IMG/VR virus record: IMGVR_UViG_3300030330_002060
Coordinates: 1 to 27,181 of that record
From: a virus
Taxonomy: Duplodnaviria > Caudoviricetes
Reading direction: 5' to 3' (one strand)
DNA: 27,181 nucleotides
Positions 18,615-26,921 of this stretch are shown here, piece by piece (the stretch's first letter is position 1; the number at the start of each line of letters is the position of its first letter). The notes below the pieces were generated by a model. The model was not told the origin of the DNA, searched no databases, and saw only the letters and a program-made list of their open reading frames with translations. A program made the position numbers and the translations under genes.

Positions 18615-20096
18615 ATGGCAAACGGAAATTTAATACAAGGAGCAAGAAGATTAGGTCAATCAAAAAGATTTATTGATTATGGTAAAATACTTACCCGTAG
18701 TATCGATACATCTAAATTAGATAAAGCTCTTGAAGAAGGTAGAGAAAGATATTACAGGCAGCAAAAAGAATATGAAGCTAAGCTTGGTAATTATCTTAGC
18801 CAGAAAGGTACATTAGATTTAACTAAGGTGCCTGATCATGCTATGTCTGCCGTTAAAGATCAGTTAACCGCACAGAAAAACGCGTATGCAGCCGCAGCAA
18901 CAGCAGCAGCTCAAGCAAAGGTTGGTAGTGAAGAGTATAACACAGCTATTGATCAAATGAACTCAGCTAATAATATTATAAGAAATTTAGACGCAAACTT
19001 ATCAGGCGCGGCTACAACAATAGCTGAAATGCAAGAGGCTTTTGATAGTCAAGAGTTTTCAAAAGGTAATCCTGACTACAATAAATACATACAAGCAATA
19101 GGTGATCCTAACGCTGAAAATGGGCCAAAGTATATATTTGATGATAGCGGTAATTTATCAATACAGTTGTTTGATGATAATGGTAACCCAACAGAAACGG
19201 TTGCCGCTAAAGATTTAAATAAGTTTTTTAGAAAAGCAAACGAACAAATAAATAATGTTACTGCTCTTGCTGGTCAAGCAGAAGCTAGAGGTTTAAGTGG
19301 ACTTAAATATGATGAAAAACAATCAAGACGTCAAATAGCAATGGCTTTAACAGATAATAGAGAAAATTTACTATCATTAGCTAGAGATGCTTTTGTGCTA
19401 GATAAACCTATAATATCTGACGCTGACATGGAAACAGAATTATACGAAGGCTTAACAGGTAGAGAGTTGTTATTAAGAGAAAACCAAACTCAATTAAAAA
19501 ACTTTTTAACTGATAAATATATAGATGCTGTTAAAACTGGCTATGATAATGGAAGATCTGTTTATGATGAGAAGAAAAACGAAGGTAAAGAAAAAGAAAA
19601 TGTAATATCAGGTATTGATGAAGTTTTAGAAGAACACGCTGAAAGTAGTGTTGTGTACGTAGAGAGTGATCAAATAGGCCCAACAATGCCAACAATAATT
19701 GACGGTAATAAAGAAATAAACGAAGATGCTTCTCAAGAAAGATTTGCACAAGAAGTAGCTGGATCATTAAATAGTGGAGCTTATGGTTCTCAAACTAACG
19801 AATACTTTTCAAGAGATGCAATTGTCGCTCAATTAATGGATATGGATGTAAAAGAGTTAGCTAAGTATGACTCAACGTTTGCTAATAAAAGTTACTCTGA
19901 CGGTACTGACATTGGAGAAAACAAGAAAAGACAGGATATATTAAATTTTCTTACTAAAAGGTATCCTGACAAATATCTGTTTAGAACAGGTAAAGGCAGG
20001 TTAACTGGTTTTGCTTCTGATTATAAAAATCCAGCAAAAAAATCAATATCATTGTTGTTTAGCGCCGCTGGTATTAAGGTTGGTGTATTAGATTAA
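18615..20096 (+). CDS. Putative internal virion / ejection protein 2
   Basis: 493 aa, helical and Ala-rich in the N-terminal half. Middle gene of the triplet. Confidence 0.55.
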   Translation: MANGNLIQGARRLGQSKRFIDYGKILTRSIDTSKLDKALEEGRERYYRQQKEYEAKLGNYLSQKGTLDLTKVPDHAMSAVKDQLTAQKNAYAAAATAAAQAKVGSEEYNTAIDQMNSANNIIRNLDANLSGAATTIAEMQEAFDSQEFSKGNPDYNKYIQAIGDPNAENGPKYIFDDSGNLSIQLFDDNGNPTETVAAKDLNKFFRKANEQINNVTALAGQAEARGLSGLKYDEKQSRRQIAMALTDNRENLLSLARDAFVLDKPIISDADMETELYEGLTGRELLLRENQTQLKNFLTDKYIDAVKTGYDNGRSVYDEKKNEGKEKENVISGIDEVLEEHAESSVVYVESDQIGPTMPTIIDGNKEINEDASQERFAQEVAGSLNSGAYGSQTNEYFSRDAIVAQLMDMDVKELAKYDSTFANKSYSDGTDIGENKKRQDILNFLTKRYPDKYLFRTGKGRLTGFASDYKNPAKKSISLLFSAAGIKVGVLD

Positions 20097-20102
20097 TTAA
20101 TT

Positions 20103-23100
20103 ATGGCTATAGATAAATTATATAAAACTTTAAAGGAAAAAGGTTTATATACTAAGTCTTTTGAAGAATTTGAAGAAAAATTTAGAAAGGTAGAGTATAG
20201 AAAACAAGTGCATCAAGCCGTTGTAAACGAGGGTTTATATACTAAAGATTTAGATGCTTTTGAAGATAAATATTTAAACAACTTAACTTTTTCTAACATA
20301 GCATCAAACTTAGGCCAAACCGCGCTTAGTCTTGGTGAAGGTACAATTGACTTGCTAGAAGAAAGCCAAGCTTCTTTAGAGTTTTTAGGTAAGCAGTTTG
20401 AAAAATATTATGAAGGTAAATCTAAAGGTATATTTGAACCTTTAACGGTACAAGAAAAAGATGTTATTAGAGATAGAATTAAAGCAACGGGTATAAACAT
20501 ACCATTTGGCTTGCAAGGTGTTGGCTCTGGTATAAAAAGCAAATCATTTGACCCATTAATAGAAAACTTACAAAAAAATATTGTAACATATGATGATACT
20601 ATAGGTCAAGCTTTAAATAAAGATGACGTTGATTGGACAGAAGTTGGAAGTAGAATTGCCACTGGTGTGGTTGGTTCAATACCAAGTTTAATACTAGCAA
20701 CTAATCCAATGGGTTTAACTGTGCTTGGTGCTAGCTCAGCTGGTAATAAATGGGAAGAAGAATACGAAGAAAGCCCTGAAACAGCAGCATCTTTGTTATT
20801 TGCTAATGCTGCTGGCACTGGTTTAATTGAAGCTGCTGGTGAATATTTTACAGGTAGATTAGTAAAAGCTTCAGGTATTATGGGTAGATCTGGTGCGCCA
20901 ACAGAGGCTATTAAGCAACTAAACAAAAGCGCCGGTGAACAATTCGCTAAAATATTATATGGCTTTGGTCAAGAGGGTGCAACTGAATTTGCACAAAGCT
21001 TTGGAACAAAAGTTTTAGAATCATTACCAAAAGGTATACCTGGTGGTTTAGGTAAAAAAGTTGACTGGGAGCAAGCAGCTTGGGAAGCTTTAGACGAAGG
21101 TATAATAGGTGGATTTAGTGGCGGCGGCGTAAGAACATTAGGCTCTATTGGTGATACAAAGTCTGTTCGTAGAAGAAGAGCTGAAACAATGTTAGCATCG
21201 CCTGAAAGCAGAAGAATAATTAAACAATCTTACGATGAAATAAAAGAACTTGAAAAGGGATTAAAAAACGCTGACGAAACAACACGTGAGATAATAGAAG
21301 AAAAAATAGAGTTAGAAATAGATAAAATATACGATGAAAGAATAAAGTCTTCTAAAGCATTATCAAACTTATCTGATAAAGATTTAATGGACTACGCAAA
21401 AAATATTGAAAAGCTAAACTCAATAAATAAATCTTTTAAAAATCCAGATAATATAGCAAACAAAAGAAACTTAGCTGAATTAAAAAATGAGTTTGATAAA
21501 ATAGAAAAACAAAATAATGACTTGCTAAACAAAGCAGTTGAAAAGAATTTACAAACTAATTTAAGATCTGCAAAAAAAGCAGCGTTAAAAAGAGGTATAA
21601 AAGATTTTAAAGTAGTATCTCAAGAAGAATTTAAAAAACTTTATAAAAAAACAGACGAAGGCAAAGACTTAGACGATAACCAGCTATCGCGTGATGCTAG
21701 AGAAATATCAGGTTATTACGATAAAAAATCAAACACTATAGTTATAAACGAAACATCAGCTAAAAACTTTGGTATGGTAACTGTAGGTAGTCACGAGCTG
21801 TTACATCCAATACTAAACTCTGTCATGGGTTCATCACAAAGTCAAGCTGATAAAGTAGCTGAATTTAAAAACATATTGTCAGGTAGACAAAGAAGATTAA
21901 TGGATCAAGAAATGGCTGATCGTGGTTATACTAAGGAAGATGAAGCCACAGAATACTTTAACGTATTTCTTGATGCTGTTGCTGATAAAAACTCTGACAT
22001 AGCTTTTGAGAAAAATTTATATACACGTATAGGTGACTTTTTAAAATCTATATTTAGCGACTACAATATAAACAATATGGATTTTAAAGATGCTAATGGC
22101 GTGTTTAATTTCTTAAAAGCATATCAAGAGGGTGTTCAAAAGGGTGAGTTTACAAAAGAAGTCTCTGATATTATTGGTGACTTAGGCAACATAGAGTCTG
22201 AAGTTGGTATTGATACATCAAGAAACGCATCTGCAAACGTACAAAGAATATACGAGCAACGTGGTGTTGATGGTGCTTTTGATATAATACAAGAGTTTGC
22301 ACCTATAGTAAACAACATAGTTAACAAGTTTAGAAACGTACCTGGCTTTGATGCTAACTTATTAACAGATGAAATAAATACAGGTAGAAGAGGTATACTT
22401 GATATGATAAGGGAATATAATCCTGAAAAAGCAAAGGGCGCACCACTCGCGGCTTATATTAATTCATTTATAAAACAAAGATCTATTGAAGCTGCTAACA
22501 GAATATTAAAAACTGAGTTTGAAACTGACGTGTCTGAAGCAAGAGGCGTTGCTGTTGAAGAAACTACGACACCAGAGATAAGTGATAAGCCTAGAGCTAG
22601 AAAAATAAATCCAATAGATTTTGTTTCAGATCCTGATTTAAAACAAAAGTACATTGACGATGTTGTAGATAAGTTAAAAGACTTAGATCCAGCGACGTTA
22701 ACGTTTAAAAACTTAAAAGATTTATCGGCAGAAAATACAGCTAAGATATTTAATGTGCCTACTAAAAAAGTAGTAGATCCAACTGCTAATTTAACAAAGC
22801 AAGAAAAAGAAAATGCTTTAAAGTTTATTAGAGCTAACGCTTTAGATTTAATATCTTTATTACCAAAAGGCGCTGTAACAGAATCAGCTTCAGAAAAATT
22901 ATTAGGTACATCAACCGGTGTACCAAAAAGTTTATTAAATAAATTTTATACTAAACAAGATAGGATAACAACAGGAGCTGGATTATCGCCTTTTACTAAA
23001 AATAATAACATAACTAGAAAAACATTTTTAGAAGCATTTGGTATTATTGATGGTCAAAAATCTACAGACTTTGGACCAAGAACACCTGAAGCTCAAGCTG

Positions 23101-26100
23101 TAAAAGCCATGATGTCATTATATGGCAAGCTAGCTACAAACAGTATAGTAAGAGATCAGCTTAGAAAACAAGGTGAATTACAAAGTGTTATACAAGACAT
23201 AGCAGCTGGTAAGTCATCTGTTCAATTTAGTAGGGCTGTTAGAAGACAGTTTGATTTAAAACTAAAAGGTAGATTAAAAGTTGATACGTTATTAGCTGAA
23301 AATGGTTTAGATAAAAGCCTAAACTTAAAAGAAGAAATTAAAACACCTGAGGGTAGGCAGAGAATAGTACAAAATTTAAAGAATAATGTTGTAGTTCTAC
23401 TACCTAAAGAAGCGTGGTTAGGACCTAGAGGTGGTAACGTGTTTACAACATCTGGTAAAGATTATGGAATAACTGGTAACGTTACTCAAGAACAACGACA
23501 GTCATTAAATGATTTACGTGTAGAAATAAATAACATGTTAAATGATTCTGACACTAAGTTTGGTGATCCTATTGAGGGTATTAGTGATTATTCAGTTTCT
23601 AGTTATAATACTATATTTAACGCTAGAAAAAAGACTATACAAGACGGCGCAAAAGAGTTTAATGATAAAGTTACGGCTATACATAAAGAATTATGGGCTA
23701 GAATAAATAAAAGTATACGTAATGATAACACGGGCACTGTTGCGCCTGGTGTAGCTACATACTTAAAGCTAGTAGCAAACCACACTGGACATTGGCATAA
23801 GTTAGGTGCTGCTATATACGGTTACTCACCAAACCCTAAAGCAAAAGGCAAAACCAAGTATGAATATGAGCATGCTATGCCTGCTACAGCGGCTTATTTA
23901 TATTTATTAGACGCCGCAATAAATAAAACAAACTTTAATACTAGCTATGAATTAGTTATGAATAACTATAAATTAATAGCGCTAGATAAAGTTGATAATA
24001 AAAAATTAGGCTTAGCAAAATTAGGTAGAACAATGCCTGATAATTGGGATATATTAGACAACAATTGGTGGCAAAGGTATTTTAATGAGACTGTAGCCCA
24101 AATAGATGGCGGTATAGATCCCAACACTATAGTCGATTTAGACGGTAACACGTTAGCTAACGCTTTAAATATATATAAAGATGGATCAAATATATTAAGC
24201 CAGCAAGAGTTAGATATAATTAAAAACGCCGAGAAAGCAAATGAAGGTATGTTTGATATATTAATTAAAGGTCAAACGTTAAATAAACAAACAAAAGATT
24301 TAAAAATAATTGACAAGGCTATAAACTTTTCAAGAGTACCAAGGCCAGAAAAAGGTATTTCAATATTTGATTTTGATCAAACACTAGCTAACACTAAAGA
24401 AAAGGTAATAGTTAATATGCCTGACGGCACGTCTACTAAAATTGACGCTGCTGAATTTGCTAGAACAGCAGAGCAGCTAGAGCAAGAAGGTGCTAAGTTT
24501 GATTTTACTGAGTTTGATAAAGTAAAAGGCGCAACTAAAGGACCATTTTTTGAGTTAGCGCAAAAGATAAAAGGTAAGTTTGGTAACAAAGATATATTTA
24601 TATTAACAGCTAGACCACAAAACGCCGCGCCAGCTATACAAAGATTTTTAAAGGGTGTAGGTTTAGATATAAGAATAGAAAATATAACAGGCTTAGAAGA
24701 TGGTAGTCCTCAAGCTAAAGCAAGGTTTGTTGCGGAAAAAGTAACAGAAGGTTACAACAACTTTTTCTTTGGTGATGATGCGTATAAAAATGTAAAAGCT
24801 GTACAAGAAATACTAAATATAGCTGATGTAAAAAGTGACGTGCAGCAAGCTAAAATACAATTTAGTAGGAATTTAAGCAAGAGATTTAATGAAATAATAT
24901 CTGAGAATAAAGGCATTGATCCTAACGCTAGATTTTCTGAAGCAGCAGCTAAAGTGCGTGGCGCTAAATCAGATAAATTCTGGTCAAGGTTATTTGTTCC
25001 ACCATCAGCAGAAGATTTTAAAGGCCTTTTGTATATGCTTGTAGGCAAGGGTAGAAAAGGTGAGCAGCAAATGATGTTTTTAGAAGACGCTTTAATTAAA
25101 CCTTTTGCTAGAGCATTTAGAGATATTAATGCAGCTAGACAAAAAGTAAGTAACCAATATGATCAATTAAAAAAAGATCTACCAAATATAAAAAGAAATT
25201 TATTACAAGCTACTGATTATAATAATTTTACTTTTGATCAAGCTATACGTGTTTATTTAATGAATAAAAACGACATAGAAATACCAGGTATATCTCAAAG
25301 AGATGTTGATGCATTAATTAAAGTGGTTGAAGCTAACCCACAGTTAGTGCAGTATGCTGATAGATTATCACAAATAATAGGTAAAGAAGAAGGTTATATA
25401 GTTCCAAGTGATGTATCGTGGTTGTCATCAACTATAGAACAAGATTTAAAAGATTTAAATAACAAAGTAAATAGATCTGAATATTTATCTGAGTGGATAA
25501 ATAATAAAAACGAAATATTTAATGAAGATAATTTAAATAAACTAGAAGCGCTATACGGTAAATCTTATAGAGAAGCATTAGAAGATATATTATACCGTAT
25601 GGAAATTGGTAGTAATAGACCAGCAGGTCAAAACAAGTTGGTTAATGATTTTACAACATGGGTAAACAATGCTGTAGGTAACATAATGTTTTTAAATGTT
25701 AGAACATCTGTGCTACAAACAATATCGTTTGCTAACTTTGTAAACTGGAGCGACAACAACCCTATTAGATACATGCAGGCTGTTGCTAACTTTCCACAGT
25801 TTGCTAGTGATTTTGCTATGATATGGAACTCTGATTTTCTTAAACAAAGAAGAAAAGGTTTACAAACAGACGTTAGTGCTTCTGAAATAGTAAATCAAGC
25901 TGCTAATTCTAAAAATAAAGTAAGTGCCATATTATCATATATATTAGGTAAAGGTTATTTACCAACCCAAATGGGTGATAGCTTTGCTATATGCATGGGT
26001 GGTGCAGGATTTTACAGAAATAGAGTAAAAAGTTACATAAAACAAGGGCTAAGTGAATCAGAAGCTGAGGCTAAAGCATTTGCAGATATGCAAGAAACAT

Positions 26101-26903
26101 CTGAAGATGCACAGCAGTCAGCTAGGCCAGATAAAATATCACAACAACAAGCTGGTCCACTTGGTAGGTTTATATTAGCATTTCAAAATACACCAATGCA
26201 ATATACACGTATGATTAAAAAATCAGGATTAGATTTGTTAAATAGAAGGCGTGTCAGGGGTTTATCACAAACACAAAGCGATATGACACATATATCAAAA
26301 ATATTGTACTATGGTGCTATGCAAAACTTTATATTCTCTGCATTGCAAAATGCGTTGTTTGCTTTAGCGTTTAGTGATGTTGAAGAGGAAGAAGAAAAAC
26401 AAAAATATAGTAGAATAGCTAACAACATGGCTGATACTATATTGAGAGGTACTGGCGTTTATGGCGCGGCAGCATCAACATTAAAGAACATAGCGTTACA
26501 GTTTATAAGGCAAGAGAAAAAAGGATCAAGAGCAGATCACGCTTACACTATAATAGAAGGTGTCAACTTGTCACCACCAATAGGTAGTAAAATAAGAAAA
26601 TTATATTCAGCTACTCAAGCTGTTAAGTTTAATAGAGATGAAATAGCTGAGATGGGATTTGATATAGACAACCCTGCGTATGATGCTGTTGCTAACACGG
26701 TATCTGCAGTAACTAACGTACCTCTTGATAGGGCTATACGTATTACTGATAACGCTAGAGCAGCGTTAGATAAAAATAATGAAGCTTGGCAACGTATAGC
26801 ATTAGCATTAGGTTGGAACACGTGGGATTTAGGTATACAACCACAAAGAGAAAGCACTGGCAAGAAAAGAAAAAATAAAAAAAGAAAGATAAGATTATTT
26901 TAA
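20103..26903 (+). CDS. Giant putative ejection / polyvalent protein (2266 aa): N-terminal repeat, Gly-rich hydrophobic region, zincin protease, sigma70-like, HNH-like and HAD domains, helical C-terminus
   Basis: HELLH (aa 564-568); sigma region 2-like segment (aa ~720-802); YEHAMP (H1257); DFDQT/LTAR/K/GDD HAD motifs (D1423 onward). Position after two ejection-like genes. Confidence 0.75.
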   Translation: MAIDKLYKTLKEKGLYTKSFEEFEEKFRKVEYRKQVHQAVVNEGLYTKDLDAFEDKYLNNLTFSNIASNLGQTALSLGEGTIDLLEESQASLEFLGKQFEKYYEGKSKGIFEPLTVQEKDVIRDRIKATGINIPFGLQGVGSGIKSKSFDPLIENLQKNIVTYDDTIGQALNKDDVDWTEVGSRIATGVVGSIPSLILATNPMGLTVLGASSAGNKWEEEYEESPETAASLLFANAAGTGLIEAAGEYFTGRLVKASGIMGRSGAPTEAIKQLNKSAGEQFAKILYGFGQEGATEFAQSFGTKVLESLPKGIPGGLGKKVDWEQAAWEALDEGIIGGFSGGGVRTLGSIGDTKSVRRRRAETMLASPESRRIIKQSYDEIKELEKGLKNADETTREIIEEKIELEIDKIYDERIKSSKALSNLSDKDLMDYAKNIEKLNSINKSFKNPDNIANKRNLAELKNEFDKIEKQNNDLLNKAVEKNLQTNLRSAKKAALKRGIKDFKVVSQEEFKKLYKKTDEGKDLDDNQLSRDAREISGYYDKKSNTIVINETSAKNFGMVTVGSHELLHPILNSVMGSSQSQADKVAEFKNILSGRQRRLMDQEMADRGYTKEDEATEYFNVFLDAVADKNSDIAFEKNLYTRIGDFLKSIFSDYNINNMDFKDANGVFNFLKAYQEGVQKGEFTKEVSDIIGDLGNIESEVGIDTSRNASANVQRIYEQRGVDGAFDIIQEFAPIVNNIVNKFRNVPGFDANLLTDEINTGRRGILDMIREYNPEKAKGAPLAAYINSFIKQRSIEAANRILKTEFETDVSEARGVAVEETTTPEISDKPRARKINPIDFVSDPDLKQKYIDDVVDKLKDLDPATLTFKNLKDLSAENTAKIFNVPTKKVVDPTANLTKQEKENALKFIRANALDLISLLPKGAVTESASEKLLGTSTGVPKSLLNKFYTKQDRITTGAGLSPFTKNNNITRKTFLEAFGIIDGQKSTDFGPRTPEAQAVKAMMSLYGKLATNSIVRDQLRKQGELQSVIQDIAAGKSSVQFSRAVRRQFDLKLKGRLKVDTLLAENGLDKSLNLKEEIKTPEGRQRIVQNLKNNVVVLLPKEAWLGPRGGNVFTTSGKDYGITGNVTQEQRQSLNDLRVEINNMLNDSDTKFGDPIEGISDYSVSSYNTIFNARKKTIQDGAKEFNDKVTAIHKELWARINKSIRNDNTGTVAPGVATYLKLVANHTGHWHKLGAAIYGYSPNPKAKGKTKYEYEHAMPATAAYLYLLDAAINKTNFNTSYELVMNNYKLIALDKVDNKKLGLAKLGRTMPDNWDILDNNWWQRYFNETVAQIDGGIDPNTIVDLDGNTLANALNIYKDGSNILSQQELDIIKNAEKANEGMFDILIKGQTLNKQTKDLKIIDKAINFSRVPRPEKGISIFDFDQTLANTKEKVIVNMPDGTSTKIDAAEFARTAEQLEQEGAKFDFTEFDKVKGATKGPFFELAQKIKGKFGNKDIFILTARPQNAAPAIQRFLKGVGLDIRIENITGLEDGSPQAKARFVAEKVTEGYNNFFFGDDAYKNVKAVQEILNIADVKSDVQQAKIQFSRNLSKRFNEIISENKGIDPNARFSEAAAKVRGAKSDKFWSRLFVPPSAEDFKGLLYMLVGKGRKGEQQMMFLEDALIKPFARAFRDINAARQKVSNQYDQLKKDLPNIKRNLLQATDYNNFTFDQAIRVYLMNKNDIEIPGISQRDVDALIKVVEANPQLVQYADRLSQIIGKEEGYIVPSDVSWLSSTIEQDLKDLNNKVNRSEYLSEWINNKNEIFNEDNLNKLEALYGKSYREALEDILYRMEIGSNRPAGQNKLVNDFTTWVNNAVGNIMFLNVRTSVLQTISFANFVNWSDNNPIRYMQAVANFPQFASDFAMIWNSDFLKQRRKGLQTDVSASEIVNQAANSKNKVSAILSYILGKGYLPTQMGDSFAICMGGAGFYRNRVKSYIKQGLSESEAEAKAFADMQETSEDAQQSARPDKISQQQAGPLGRFILAFQNTPMQYTRMIKKSGLDLLNRRRVRGLSQTQSDMTHISKILYYGAMQNFIFSALQNALFALAFSDVEEEEEKQKYSRIANNMADTILRGTGVYGAAASTLKNIALQFIRQEKKGSRADHAYTIIEGVNLSPPIGSKIRKLYSATQAVKFNRDEIAEMGFDIDNPAYDAVANTVSAVTNVPLDRAIRITDNARAALDKNNEAWQRIALALGWNTWDLGIQPQRESTGKKRKNKKRKIRLF
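20121..20273 (+). repeat. Two-copy 30-aa (90-nt period) N-terminal repeat in the giant protein
   Basis: KGLYTKSFEEFEEKF and EGLYTKDLDAFEDKY. The DNA GGTTTATATACTAA occurs at 20142 and 20232. Confidence 0.75.
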
Positions 26904-26906
26904 AAC

Positions 26907-26916
26907 ACGTGATAAT
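26907..26916 (+). promoter_or_regulatory. Putative phage promoter/regulatory motif RYGTRATWAT, copy 3 (ACGTGATAAT)
   Basis: In the 18-nt gap between the giant gene's stop and the next ATG (26922). Confidence 0.35.
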
Positions 26917-26921
26917 TAACT

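Noticed and set aside
26652-26669. MGFDID near the C-terminus of the giant protein resembles the DFDID catalytic loop of crAss-like virion RNA polymerases
   Set aside because: The first Asp is replaced by Gly, the site is under 90 aa from the C-terminus in a helical context, and no other RNAP motifs were seen. The other DFD (24369) is explained by HAD motif I.
1130-26863. Numerous minus-strand ORFs of 60-152 aa (e.g. 6019-6477, 11408-11785, 15275-15649, 20606-20926)
   Set aside because: All are antisense shadows of long + strand genes, with S/F/L-rich compositions that mirror E/K-rich sense codons and no independent start context or motifs.
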